A DNA stretch of 55,896 nt. Origin: a virus. Its lineage: Duplodnaviria > Caudoviricetes. The position numbers and the translations under genes are program-made. Every line of letters begins with the position of its first letter. Position 1 is the stretch's first letter. Shown here in pieces: positions 37,083-47,574 of this stretch. The stretch spans positions 1-55,896 of the IMG/VR virus record IMGVR_UViG_3300032233_000817; one strand, 5' to 3'. Below the pieces are notes generated by a model. The model did no database searches and was not told the origin of the DNA. It was given only the letters and a program-made list of their open reading frames with translations.

Positions 37083-38195
37083 TTATCCTTTACCTAATAT
37101 ATTAGCTAAACCTAGGCCTGCTAAACCTAAACCGCCAATTTGAGATATGGTTGAAGGCTGCGGTGTATATTGCACTTGAGTAGAACCCAATGCCGCTGCA
37201 TTACCACGAAGAATATTACTAAGATATTCAAGTTGAGCTTTTTGATAATTGTTTTGCTCTTGAAATGTTTGGTATTTAAGATCATTAATTTGTTGTTGAA
37301 GGGCTTGCTTTTCGTTTTCAGTTGAAGCTTGAGCTTTAAGTCTTTCAAGGTTAGCTGTTTGTGAAGCTGCAGCAACAGCGGCTTGTTTGCCTGATGCATC
37401 AATACCTGTAGTAAGACCCGCGAGACCAATGTCTTTACCAAGCCCTGCAGCATATTGTTGACCTTGTTGATTAAGTTGTTCAGCTTGTAGTCGACGTGCT
37501 TGGTCAGCTTGAAATTGTGCCTGAGCATTTGTATAAGCCTCTTGTTGACCTTTGGCTCTAATATCTCCAATATTTTGATTAGCGCCTCTTTCTTGCTCCG
37601 CTTGTAATAATGTTTGACGAGCACCACCAAATGTACCACGACCAATAGAACCTAATGCCCCGGCTGATTTAGCTAAGTCTCTTTGTTTTTCTGCCTCACG
37701 CACTGCAATATCAGTTACATTAGAAGCATATGGTGACATGTAATATGAAGCAGCACTTGGACTAAATGTGCCGCCATAAGTTGATGTTGGACTATATCCT
37801 AATGCACTTGATAATCCTGTACCTGCAGCGCCAAATCCTAAAGATTGGCCAGTACCTAATCCTGTAGCAGCTGTACCAAAACCACCTGGCATTGTTAGAC
37901 CGGATACTTCTCTTTGAATTGATTCTTGACCCGGTGTAAATCCTGCAATCCTGTCGCCTGTATAAGTAGGCATTGGTTTAACACCTGTAACAGTGCCAGA
38001 AGCATCCGTTGTATAAGTTTGTTTACCTGTTTGTTTTAAAAGCTCTTCGTAGAACGGCTTAGCGTATTCAGGTAAGTTTGTAGAATAAGATGTAGAAGTT
38101 TGTGAACCACCACCGCCAGATGAGCCTCCGCCAGAGTAGAATGTAAATGACTCTACTAAAGAAGTCACCCAGTTAAACAAGTTAAATAATTTCAT
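37083..38195 (-). CDS. Probable internal virion/DNA pilot protein
   Basis: Gly/Gln-rich, YMSPY, GTFGGAR, C-terminal GLGLAGLG. Confidence 0.6.
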   Translation of the reverse strand: MKLFNLFNWVTSLVESFTFYSGGGSSGGGGSQTSTSYSTNLPEYAKPFYEELLKQTGKQTYTTDASGTVTGVKPMPTYTGDRIAGFTPGQESIQREVSGLTMPGGFGTAATGLGTGQSLGFGAAGTGLSSALGYSPTSTYGGTFSPSAASYYMSPYASNVTDIAVREAEKQRDLAKSAGALGSIGRGTFGGARQTLLQAEQERGANQNIGDIRAKGQQEAYTNAQAQFQADQARRLQAEQLNQQGQQYAAGLGKDIGLAGLTTGIDASGKQAAVAAASQTANLERLKAQASTENEKQALQQQINDLKYQTFQEQNNYQKAQLEYLSNILRGNAAALGSTQVQYTPQPSTISQIGGLGLAGLGLANILGKG

Positions 38196-38605
38196 AAATC
38201 TTTCTCCACAACGTATCTTACAGTATTAAAATTTGATTTGATTTTATATAGCCTAGCCTGCGCCTCTTGAGCCCACGCGCTTGCTTTTGTAGCACCTTGC
38301 ATTTTAGCCCACGATTCTACTTGGCTAAACGTTTCGTCATTCACAATGCCATGACCACCTAACGCTGTTATAAACATGACTCTACTATTAGGACGATTTA
38401 TAAACTCTACTGTCATAGCTCCGTTAAGTACACCTTTTTCATCAACAGATACTAATAACGTTTGTTCATTTCTACTTAATAAAAGCTTTAACTGCTCTAA
38501 TGTATAATCTCCACCACTTACATTAATGGATGCATTTAAATATTCTTTTACATCTTCCCAAACATTATATATGTTATTGGGTGCTACGATTTGTACTGTG
38601 TTCAT
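38192..38605 (-). CDS. GNAT-fold-like virion assembly protein
   Basis: 137 aa, ITALGG...WAK..G pattern; usual position between tail and ejection genes in podoviruses. Confidence 0.5.
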   Translation of the reverse strand: MNTVQIVAPNNIYNVWEDVKEYLNASINVSGGDYTLEQLKLLLSRNEQTLLVSVDEKGVLNGAMTVEFINRPNSRVMFITALGGHGIVNDETFSQVESWAKMQGATKASAWAQEAQARLYKIKSNFNTVRYVVEKDL

Positions 38606-40452
38606 GCGGGCATGTATTTATTTGGATTAATTTGTTTGCCTTGTTTAGTATGACCTGTTCTTGCTTTACGTACTTTGTCTAACATTGAGTAAAGTCTTTG
38701 TGAACCTGCTTTAGAAGAGCCATTACCAATATGACTTACGACATCAGCGGGTACTACAAATTCACCATCTGCTAAACGAGCGGGTTGTTTGCCTTCTATT
38801 GTAGCAGGTATTGAGTCAGACATACCATCGCCAGCACCATTTAAATAACCGCCACGAGCCATACCACGAGGCGCATTTATACCGGCAAAATAAGTTGGGC
38901 CCATAGCCATAGAAGGATTATAACTTGGTGCCATAGGTTGGCTAGGTGCTAATGAACCTAAGCCTTGTAAGCTTGGCTGACCTTGTTGCATCGGATCAGT
39001 ACCTCTAATTTGTTTAACGATAGATGCTTCAATAGGATTAGTAGGTTGATAGTTAGGATCAGCTTTTAAATTAGCAGTGACTTTAGCAATAAGGCTATCA
39101 TTACTTTGATCTGGCATTTGACCTTGTGTCATTGATGTATTTCCTTGCATACCTTGCATTGGCTGCATAGCCCCCATAACACTTTGTAACATCGCTGAGT
39201 TATTAGCTCCTGTATTTGGATTCATTGACATGTCTGGAGATAAACTTGGTAATCCTAATGCATCTTCTTTATTAGAGTCACCACCATCTGCAAAACTTAC
39301 TGGACCACCCATAGCATAACCATATGTTTGTGCTTGAGTTTGCGATTGTTGCCTTGCCAAATTATTAAGACGTCCAATACCATAATCATCTTTTGGTGTT
39401 TGTTGGGCTATAGTACCATCAGGATTACCATACACACTAGAACCTGCAGTAGCCTCAATAGGACCACCTATTGCGTAAAGTCTTAATCCTGTATCATTAC
39501 TTAAATTTAAACTTCTATTAGGATCATAAGCTTGTTTCTTTTTTGCTTCGTCCATGTTAATAGGGTCACCATAAATATCAGAAGGTTCTAGTCCGCCTAA
39601 TAATGCTCCACCTATTGGCATGCCTACCGCCATTTTATTTTGTCCAATAAATTCCATAGGATTCGCAGCTACATTTTTATATGCTTGAGATAGAGTATTT
39701 GCCGGGGCTCCTCCAAAACCTTGTGTAGCTCCAGGAATAGGTTCAAAGTTTGGTGAATATTGATTTGCCGCAGGGGTAACATTATCAATTAAAGATCCAA
39801 ATTTTGCCTCATTACCTCCCAATGCAGCGGTTTGTCTTGCGGTAGCACTTGGTGTGTACATACTGATTTGTTGTTTAACTAATGGATCTAATAGTGCTTG
39901 ATCTACAGTAGATCCTGATTGAGCTATCGCTTGATTAAACCCTACAGGTAACGCGTTAGAAGATGTAGAACCCGCAACGCCACTACCAATTAAATTACCT
40001 CCGCCCATTTGACCTGTAGTTCCTACAGAACCTACCGCACCAGGTGATAGCCCAGTAGCTCCTGATATAGTAGGAGTAAATGCATTAGCGGCACTAAATA
40101 AATTAGCTCCTCCGTACCCACCTAATCCTCCCGTTATAGCGCCCATTAAAGGATCTTTATTAGTAGCAGCACCTGTAGCTGACCCTGCCAATATACCTGC
40201 AAGCATGGGAGACATAGCCCCACCAGACATTCCCGATGCCGCAAATCCAGCTATTGTAGGAAGCAATGATTTAAAGAATCCACCTAAGCTAAATGCTTCA
40301 GGAAGTCCTGTATCTGGGTTTATAGTCAATGATCCCCCTTGAGACATAGCTAGACTTTGTAATCCTGCTACTTCGGTGGGGTTCATGTGAACTAAAACTG
40401 AGTCACCATTACGACCTAATGATGCTAATCCCTGAGATGTTTGGTATGCCAT
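38602..40452 (-). CDS. Probable internal virion protein
   Basis: GR.GDS.LVHM, TINPDTGLPE N-domain; G.GDGMSDSIPA...LADGEFV C-domain. Confidence 0.65.
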   Translation of the reverse strand: MAYQTSQGLASLGRNGDSVLVHMNPTEVAGLQSLAMSQGGSLTINPDTGLPEAFSLGGFFKSLLPTIAGFAASGMSGGAMSPMLAGILAGSATGAATNKDPLMGAITGGLGGYGGANLFSAANAFTPTISGATGLSPGAVGSVGTTGQMGGGNLIGSGVAGSTSSNALPVGFNQAIAQSGSTVDQALLDPLVKQQISMYTPSATARQTAALGGNEAKFGSLIDNVTPAANQYSPNFEPIPGATQGFGGAPANTLSQAYKNVAANPMEFIGQNKMAVGMPIGGALLGGLEPSDIYGDPINMDEAKKKQAYDPNRSLNLSNDTGLRLYAIGGPIEATAGSSVYGNPDGTIAQQTPKDDYGIGRLNNLARQQSQTQAQTYGYAMGGPVSFADGGDSNKEDALGLPSLSPDMSMNPNTGANNSAMLQSVMGAMQPMQGMQGNTSMTQGQMPDQSNDSLIAKVTANLKADPNYQPTNPIEASIVKQIRGTDPMQQGQPSLQGLGSLAPSQPMAPSYNPSMAMGPTYFAGINAPRGMARGGYLNGAGDGMSDSIPATIEGKQPARLADGEFVVPADVVSHIGNGSSKAGSQRLYSMLDKVRKARTGHTKQGKQINPNKYMPA

Positions 40453-40498
40453 AATTGAGTCCTTAAATATATGCTAATAATATCATGTTTATAATACC

Positions 40499-40861
40499 TT
40501 ATGCTACTGTAATTGTAGGCGCTATGCCTGTTAATGCTACTGTTCTAGTTGGTACAATGTTGCCATTTAATATTACTGTTGGTGCTACACCCACTAAGTT
40601 AACTGAGTTTGTTAATGGATTAATTGTGTTTGCTAAGACAATCTTTAAGTACCCACCATCATTATAAACCGTACCTATACGTTGACCCACTGCAGTTGTA
40701 GGTAGGGCTAGCAATGTTAACTGATCTATAACTATAGGTGTAGTAGAACCCGTTTGCCTAAAATACGTATTTAACGCTCGTACTAACTGATTAAAATATT
40801 CAGCATCATAGTCCCTAGGCGCTAAGGGTAGTGTTGGCGCTGTAAATAGTTGTAAAGCCAT
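40499..40861 (-). CDS. Small tail-associated protein
   Basis: 120 aa after the tail tube gene; C-terminal repeats like those of 48929..49711. Confidence 0.6.
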   Translation of the reverse strand: MALQLFTAPTLPLAPRDYDAEYFNQLVRALNTYFRQTGSTTPIVIDQLTLLALPTTAVGQRIGTVYNDGGYLKIVLANTINPLTNSVNLVGVAPTVILNGNIVPTRTVALTGIAPTITVA

Positions 40862-40862
40862 G

Positions 40863-42797
40863 TTAGCTTCTTAGTCCATCAGGACGCGCGTCGACACGAG
40901 GTAACCCAAGTTGCCATTGAACCCCTACTCCAGTAGATGCTATTTTAAAATTCATTTGCCTGCCACGTGCACGTATAAAGACTTGGTTAGTATATAAGTC
41001 TACTGTAGCTTCTGTAGTCACTGTTTGTGTCGTTGTTTGACCTTCAGCGTTTGTAGTAGAACTTGCAGCACCTGGGAAATTACGTACTCCTACAGTCATA
41101 GTCACTGCGGGTACGAGTGGAGCTCCGGTAACAGAATTAGTTGTGTCTGAAGAATTAAAATTAACATCGGGGATGACACGGCGTATAAGCATATATTTTT
41201 CACCGTCCTCAATATCAACATCAGCAGATTGAATATAAGCATTAATAGCAACGGGTGCGGCATTTAAAGGTTGACCATTATCGTGACCATTTTCGTGTTG
41301 GTATAAATAGCCATTATCTGTAGCAAGAGGGTAACTTACAATACCTGCGTCAATCCATGTAGTTCTTTCAATAGCACCAAAGTACCAAATGTTTTCAATA
41401 TAGTTGTAGATTACATAACGATCAATTTCAGTAGAATTCGTTGAACAATAGAACCAAACAACTTCGTTAAACTGAGCATTAGAGCCAGCAAAGAATATTT
41501 CACGTTGCGCTTTATTATAGTTATTAAATACAAATTGACGAAGTGTACAAGGTAAGGTATCTACACGTCCTGAGTAAGCATAAAATTTATCGTAGCCCAT
41601 CCAGTAAACAATGTTATTTACAGCAACAACGGTATTAGACCCTGCAATAGAAATGTTTTGAGAAACAAGTTGTTGGCTAAATACTTCTGAAGTACCTAAA
41701 TATTGGAGCGATGTAAGTGATGTATCAGTAAATATAAGTACTTCTTGTTTAGTAGAGATTCCAGATACGATGTGTGAACCTGCTTGTAGTCTTAAGAATC
41801 CTGCTGTATTAGTTAAAGTAGGTTGCCAATTTTCAGGTTCAGGTCCTATATCAGCATCGACGTTAGACCAACGAACAAGTAATGGGTCAAAGGTACCTAG
41901 GTAATTAGGCGCTAAAGCACTAGCATCGTAGTTAGTACAACCTAAAGCAAGCAAGAAACCTTGTGGAGAGAATAGTATTTTAGTCACTTGTTGGGGTACA
42001 GCTACAGCCCCTGTAATACTTGATAATAAAACAGCACGCGTATTAAAAGAACTTGTATAAGCCCAATAATAAATATCAGCAGCTTGTATATTAAACACTA
42101 AGTCATTATTAAATTTATCTTGAAAGATTAAACGAGGTGGATAATAAACAGGTACTGTAGAACCTTGACCCCATCCGTTACGTCCCCAAGCACCAGCACC
42201 CCAGCCATAACCGGCTGTATTATAAGCATACCCTGGATTAATTTGAAACGCGGCAGTAATAGCTGTACCACCACCAGAAGCCACTGTAGAAGTTGCTGCC
42301 GAAGCTACAGTAATAGTAAAGGCACTAGTTGATACATAAGTAATAACAAATTCTTTATTTAAATTAGTTGCACTAACACCACCTACAGCTACTGCACCAG
42401 AGAAAGTAACATAAGCCCCATCAGTTGCACCATGATTTGCAATAGTTACTAAAACGGTAGTAGAGCCGCTGGTTGTGCCAAAGCAGTTATCAGTAGTAGG
42501 AGATGTAAAGGTCTGACGTATAGGCGTAATATCGGTAATTTGAGTGCCATTAACTACATACATCTTTAGATTAGTACCAATACCTGTGAGGTCATTAGTA
42601 TCTGTTGTAGACCAATTAAAAATACTACGTGCAACGCCTACATAAGCAGTTTGATTTTGTACAACCCAGCCACCAATCTTTTCAGGGAAGCCTGAACGAA
42701 AGCGTACTTTATCCATGTCATACCAAGAGCCCTCAGATGCATAATTAGTCTGATCTCGATTAACACCGGGTTTAAATACGAGTTTACTTAATGGCAT
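40863..42797 (-). CDS. Tail tubular/nozzle protein (P22 gp10 / T7 gp12-like)
   Basis: 644 aa, beta-rich; VRFR.G.PEKIGGW, VRWS, RARGRQ motifs. Confidence 0.7.
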   Translation of the reverse strand: MPLSKLVFKPGVNRDQTNYASEGSWYDMDKVRFRSGFPEKIGGWVVQNQTAYVGVARSIFNWSTTDTNDLTGIGTNLKMYVVNGTQITDITPIRQTFTSPTTDNCFGTTSGSTTVLVTIANHGATDGAYVTFSGAVAVGGVSATNLNKEFVITYVSTSAFTITVASAATSTVASGGGTAITAAFQINPGYAYNTAGYGWGAGAWGRNGWGQGSTVPVYYPPRLIFQDKFNNDLVFNIQAADIYYWAYTSSFNTRAVLLSSITGAVAVPQQVTKILFSPQGFLLALGCTNYDASALAPNYLGTFDPLLVRWSNVDADIGPEPENWQPTLTNTAGFLRLQAGSHIVSGISTKQEVLIFTDTSLTSLQYLGTSEVFSQQLVSQNISIAGSNTVVAVNNIVYWMGYDKFYAYSGRVDTLPCTLRQFVFNNYNKAQREIFFAGSNAQFNEVVWFYCSTNSTEIDRYVIYNYIENIWYFGAIERTTWIDAGIVSYPLATDNGYLYQHENGHDNGQPLNAAPVAINAYIQSADVDIEDGEKYMLIRRVIPDVNFNSSDTTNSVTGAPLVPAVTMTVGVRNFPGAASSTTNAEGQTTTQTVTTEATVDLYTNQVFIRARGRQMNFKIASTGVGVQWQLGLPRVDARPDGLRS

Positions 42798-43246
42798 TAT
42801 TTACCTTCAAAGAGTGCACGTTCATCTAGTCTACGAGTCTGCAGACCTTTGAGTATTTTACCACCTGCACGGCAGTATTTAATTAATGATTCCATAGCCG
42901 CCTTTTTATCTCCACGAAGAAGCGCTTGACGGAGTGTTGATCGCTGAAATGTACCCAAGCCAAGATTAAAGGCAAAAGATACCAAGCAATCAAATTCACA
43001 TTGTCTAAGAGGCACGTTAGGTAACATCTTAGATATTCCCAGCTCGAAGCGACGTAAGTCGGATTTAAGAAGTCCATCTATTTCAGCTTCCGTAAAAGTT
43101 CTGTTCCAAGAATCAGGCAACAATTTGCCATCCCCGATAAGATGACCAACACCAACAGTCCACAAGTTTGCAGGACAACGATAGGGACGACTACGCACAC
43201 CCTCGTGATGTTTGATAAGAGCGATGCCAGCTTTTGATACATTCAC
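42797..43246 (-). CDS. Endolysin, GH24 phage lysozyme
   Basis: IKHHEG...Y.CPA..WTVGVGH, LVSFAFNLG, GL..RR..E. Confidence 0.93.
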   Translation of the reverse strand: MNVSKAGIALIKHHEGVRSRPYRCPANLWTVGVGHLIGDGKLLPDSWNRTFTEAEIDGLLKSDLRRFELGISKMLPNVPLRQCEFDCLVSFAFNLGLGTFQRSTLRQALLRGDKKAAMESLIKYCRAGGKILKGLQTRRLDERALFEGK

Positions 43247-43732
43247 TTATTTCTTTTCCCAAGTTCTTGCTCCAAAGTAGAAGCCGATAATAGAACCTAC
43301 AATAGCCATTTCGTCAGATGAAAATATAACATCCATAGACTCACGACTAAACCCTACAGTTCTTACAGCCCAAATAAAGCCTGCTACATCTACAAATATA
43401 AGTAGTCCTACAAAAGTGAAAGCAACAATAGGACGGACAGCTGCGTTAAGAGTTCTAACCCATGGGGCTGCATCGTGTACAAGTTTTGCATCATGTTCAT
43501 AAAGTGCTTGACGTTCTTGTGCGAATGTTTCTGCATAAGTTCCCTCCAATTCAATAGCTGCTATTTTTTCTTGTGATTGAAAACCTTTTTGAGCCATAAG
43601 CATAGCTTGTTCATTTTGCATCTTAGCCATTTCTCGTTCATGCGCTTGGTCTCCTTTTTGTTGAAAGAACCCTAGTATGGACGGGAGCCCTGCGGTTGCA
43701 AAACCTAGTATGGATGAGAGGATGCTAAACAT
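43247..43732 (-). CDS. Holin (3TM, GTA-type)
   Basis: Hydrophobic segments, VRP, IIGFYFGAR; adjacent to the endolysin. Confidence 0.75.
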   Translation of the reverse strand: MFSILSSILGFATAGLPSILGFFQQKGDQAHEREMAKMQNEQAMLMAQKGFQSQEKIAAIELEGTYAETFAQERQALYEHDAKLVHDAAPWVRTLNAAVRPIVAFTFVGLLIFVDVAGFIWAVRTVGFSRESMDVIFSSDEMAIVGSIIGFYFGARTWEKK

Positions 43733-44004
43733 TATTTAAATCCTTTTGATTTTTCATGTTCTTCTAAAATACGAATACGTACGTTAAGTTCACCCATCTG
43801 AGCTCTTAGTTCTTCTTTAAGTCTTGCTCTTGCTTCTGCTGATATAGGGCTGTCAGTCGGTACACCTTGTTCTGTAATAAGATTAGGCATTTTAGATTTG
43901 ATACTGATGAGGTCTGCTTGTATAGACGCCATTGAAGTAAGTAACCAAGCAATAGCCGAGACTATCACTGGGAATAACATGCTCGTTATTTTTTCCATAT
44001 TCAT
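43732..44004 (-). CDS. Membrane-anchored coiled-coil protein of the lysis module
   Basis: N-terminal TM helix, C-terminal coiled coil. Confidence 0.6.
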   Translation of the reverse strand: MNMEKITSMLFPVIVSAIAWLLTSMASIQADLISIKSKMPNLITEQGVPTDSPISAEARARLKEELRAQMGELNVRIRILEEHEKSKGFK

Positions 44005-44073
44005 TTTAACCCCCTAAACAATGTACCCAAGCGAGTAAACAAAGCGTTATTAAAACCCCAACTAGGATCTTCA

Positions 44074-44439
44074 TTATTCACCTACGGTTACTTCATCCCA
44101 AGATGTTGTTGCTTCATTCCAAGTATATTTTTTATCATCCGTAGGCATATCTACAGGTGCTTTCCATTGTGCTTTGTCTGTATCAAGTAACCATGAAGCA
44201 AAAGGTTTTGGTGGAACAAAAGCATCTAGTGTTTCGTCATAAGTGTAACCAATACCTGCATAGTTTTTACGAATGCGAGCGTTATAAGATGTTTGTTTCC
44301 AAGTGCCACCTAAAAGGTTAGAGCAGAAAGCAATTCCAATTTCTTCTTTTTCTACACCATGTTCATCAGCAGTATCTTTATCTGATACTACAATACCTTG
44401 AACTACTACTCCGTTTTCAATCCTAACAAAATGTGCCAT
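44074..44439 (-). CDS. Conserved fibre-associated protein
   Basis: MAHF...WKQTSYN..RKNYAGIGYTYD...DAF motif, typical downstream of glycine-rich fibre genes. Confidence 0.7.
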   Translation of the reverse strand: MAHFVRIENGVVVQGIVVSDKDTADEHGVEKEEIGIAFCSNLLGGTWKQTSYNARIRKNYAGIGYTYDETLDAFVPPKPFASWLLDTDKAQWKAPVDMPTDDKKYTWNEATTSWDEVTVGE

Positions 44440-44449
44440 ACCTTACTCC

Positions 44450-45067
44450 TTAATTTAATTTTAGTTCTGTTAATGCTTTGTTATCACCAAGCGTACCTGT
44501 TAAAAATGTGTTAAATGCAAGACTAACTCTAGTGTCTTTAGATGTGACTGATTCAACATTATGCGTTAAGCTAGATGGAAATAATACAATACCACCTGTT
44601 TTAACTTTAAACCACCAACTATCTGAATTATAAACATCATAGTTATCTGTGTCTAACTTCACTTGTTTATATCCACTATCATGGAATTTAATTTTATCTT
44701 CATCTTCATTTGCACTTATATATAACACACCTGATATAAAGCTATTAGGGTGAGCATGAGTGTGATGGTATTCATTGGGTTTAGTCCAATTTAACCATGA
44801 CTGTGTTACATAAGGCTCAACTTTGTATCTTGGTTTGTATATCTTTTCTATATAGTTATTAACATGGTCTAAACATATTTGTTTTAAGTCTTTGAATTCT
44901 GTTTCCTCAAGTATGTAGTTATTTAGGCTTGTGGTATTGCCTGCATTTTGATAAGTTAATTTACTATGCTTATCTATAAACTTGAGTTCTTGTTTAGTAA
45001 AAGCTCTGTCTATGCTATTAAACATAACAGGGGTTGGAAATAATAACTCTATACTAGGTTCATTCAT
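44450..45067 (-). CDS. 2OG-Fe(II) oxygenase, TIGR02466-like
   Basis: LFPTP, SWLN, H.HPNS.ISGV.Y, LFPS.L.H.V, R.SLAFN. Confidence 0.85.
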   Translation of the reverse strand: MNEPSIELLFPTPVMFNSIDRAFTKQELKFIDKHSKLTYQNAGNTTSLNNYILEETEFKDLKQICLDHVNNYIEKIYKPRYKVEPYVTQSWLNWTKPNEYHHTHAHPNSFISGVLYISANEDEDKIKFHDSGYKQVKLDTDNYDVYNSDSWWFKVKTGGIVLFPSSLTHNVESVTSKDTRVSLAFNTFLTGTLGDNKALTELKLN

Positions 45068-47565
45068 TAAGCTGTATAACTTCCTGAAGCTGTATATTTT
45101 ACTACAGTATATAATCCATCTGTTGTGACTGTTGGGCTACCTGTAATTGTGCCTGTGTATTTAGTAGTAAGTATGCGAAGAATTACAATACCTGATCCTC
45201 CTGCCGCACCACTACCAGGATTACCTCCGCCAGAACCACCACCACCACCTGTATTTGCTGTTCCTGCTACACCAGCAGTTGCACTAAATCCACCAGCACC
45301 ACCACCACCTGCTCCTCCTGCTGCGGCACTTGTTCCACTTGGTGTTTGTGTTCCACCGCCACCACCACCAGCATAATAAGTAGCAGTACCTGAAATACTA
45401 GAAGATAAACCTATGCCTCCTGGACCTGCATTTGGACTTGTTCCTTGACTACCTACAGCTCCAGCACCTCCACCACCGCCTCCTCTATAAACAGCGGCAG
45501 CATTAGCACCAGCATTACCTTGTCCAGATGTTCCAGAACCTCCATTATATGCAACAGATGCACTCGTTCCACCACCTCCGCCTGAACCACCTGATGGAGC
45601 TGTTGCAGAACTACCACCACCACCGCCACCTCCTGTTGATGTTATTGTTGTAAGTCCTGTTCCTGAAATAGAAGAATCTATTCCATTTGAACCTGGACCA
45701 CTCCCTGCTCCCAAAGCACCACCAGCTCCTACAGTAACTGTATAAGTAACTCCAATTCCTAAAAATGTAGATGAAGTTAATAATCCACCTGCACCACCAC
45801 CACCACCATTATTGCCACCACCTCCACCGCCACCTGCAACTATTAAATAGTCAACAGAATAAGCACCTACTAAACTACCACTTGCAGTAAATGTATGTAT
45901 TGTGTTTCCACCAGATGATGTTACAGTTCCGCCTGTAAATACTTGTGAGCCAGCGTATGAGATGATAACAACTCCACTACCACCTGATCCAAATCCTGAT
46001 CCTGACCAATTCCAACTTCCACCGCCGCCACCGCCTGTATTAGCTGTTCCATCAGTTCCTGAACCTCCGCCTGATGCAGAACCTGCTCCACCACCGCCAG
46101 AACCTCCAGAACCTCCACCAGCAGTGCCACCACCGCCACCACCGCCACCTGCATATGTAACACTAGAACCTGATATAGAAGATGCTACACCTGAACCACC
46201 GTTAGCACCTTGTTGAGTTACAGTTGGGCTTGCACCTATTGACCCTGCTCCTCCACCGCCTCCACTATTATTAAGTCCGGGAGTTGCTGCTCCACCTGCA
46301 TAACCTTGATTAGCTGTGCCAGTTCCTGCAGCAACAAGAAAAGTATCTGCAGCTCCACCACCACCTGAACCACCATTTCCAGCAGCTCTTGCAGAACCTC
46401 CTTGAGTTCCAGCACCAGAGCCACCTCCAGTTGATGTTAGTGTTGTTATACCTGTTCCACTAATAGAACTATTTGAACCATTATTAGTTGCAGTAGAAGG
46501 TGTTGTTCCTCCTGCTCCACCAGCACCAACTGTAATAGTATATGTAGCTGGGTAGTATAAAGTTAAAGCAGTTTCTGCTGATCCTCCACCACCTGATGTT
46601 CCTGCTGATGTTCTAAAACCACCAGCTCCTCCACCGCCTGCTGTTCCTGAACCACCTGAACCACCTCCAGCTATTACTAAAAAATTAGCTGTAACTGCTG
46701 TAGCAGGGACTAATGTTCCTGAAGCTGTGAATGTATGTATTTGATTACCACCTGAAGTAGTAATTGTGCCACCTACGAATTTAGGTGTAGCAGATGCGTA
46801 AGATATGATGACTACACCTGAACCGCCTGAACCGCCTAAAGCAGAACCACCTCCACCAGCAGCACCACCACCACCGCCTAAATTAGCAGTTCCAGCATTT
46901 CCTGTAGTTAATGCACCATTACCGCCACCACCTGTACCACCTATGCCACCACCACCTAAATTATTTTCAGATGCGCCACCTCCACCACCAGCATAAGTTA
47001 CAGATGAGCCTGAAATAGAAGATGCAGAACCAGCACCACCATTACCAGCAGCACCTGAACCACTTTGACCAGCAGCACCTGCACCGCCACCACCACCAGA
47101 AGCATTAATATTTAATGCAGTACCATTACCGCCATTATTACCTTGACCTGAAGTTCCTGTACCTCCAGTTATTCCAGTAGGAGATTCATAACTTGAACCA
47201 CCGCCTCCAGAACCACCATTAGAACCATTTTTTTGCGCACGAACACCGCCACCACCACCGCCTGTAGAAGTAATTGTTGTAAAACCTGTTCCTGCAATAG
47301 ATGAATTTGAACCATTATTTGAACTAGCTGCAACACCAGCACCACCAGCTCCTACAGTAACAGTATAAGTAGTAAGTGTAGATAATGTTGCTGTAGAAGT
47401 TAAAAGACCACCTGCACCACCTCCACCACCGCCTGTTCCTCCTGCTGCACCACCTGAACCACCACCTGCTACAACAAGATAATTTGCGGATACATTAGTA
47501 TTTTTAGACGCTAAAACGCCATAAGCTCTTGCGGCTGATACGGCTAGTCTTGACAATAATGACAT
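45067..47565 (-). CDS. Glycine-rich fibre/spike protein with three tandem domains
   Basis: Three units starting YLVVAGGG, FLVIAGGG, YLIVAGGG and ending GSG.VI. Confidence 0.8.
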   Translation of the reverse strand: MSLLSRLAVSAARAYGVLASKNTNVSANYLVVAGGGSGGAAGGTGGGGGGAGGLLTSTATLSTLTTYTVTVGAGGAGVAASSNNGSNSSIAGTGFTTITSTGGGGGGVRAQKNGSNGGSGGGGSSYESPTGITGGTGTSGQGNNGGNGTALNINASGGGGGAGAAGQSGSGAAGNGGAGSASSISGSSVTYAGGGGGASENNLGGGGIGGTGGGGNGALTTGNAGTANLGGGGGAAGGGGSALGGSGGSGVVIISYASATPKFVGGTITTSGGNQIHTFTASGTLVPATAVTANFLVIAGGGSGGSGTAGGGGAGGFRTSAGTSGGGGSAETALTLYYPATYTITVGAGGAGGTTPSTATNNGSNSSISGTGITTLTSTGGGSGAGTQGGSARAAGNGGSGGGGAADTFLVAAGTGTANQGYAGGAATPGLNNSGGGGGAGSIGASPTVTQQGANGGSGVASSISGSSVTYAGGGGGGGGTAGGGSGGSGGGGAGSASGGGSGTDGTANTGGGGGGSWNWSGSGFGSGGSGVVIISYAGSQVFTGGTVTSSGGNTIHTFTASGSLVGAYSVDYLIVAGGGGGGGNNGGGGGAGGLLTSSTFLGIGVTYTVTVGAGGALGAGSGPGSNGIDSSISGTGLTTITSTGGGGGGGSSATAPSGGSGGGGGTSASVAYNGGSGTSGQGNAGANAAAVYRGGGGGGAGAVGSQGTSPNAGPGGIGLSSSISGTATYYAGGGGGGTQTPSGTSAAAGGAGGGGAGGFSATAGVAGTANTGGGGGSGGGNPGSGAAGGSGIVILRILTTKYTGTITGSPTVTTDGLYTVVKYTASGSYTA

Positions 47566-47574
47566 TGTTAATTC

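Noticed and set aside
45125-46996. Proline-rich plus-strand ORFs
   Set aside because: Antisense shadows of glycine codons in the fibre gene
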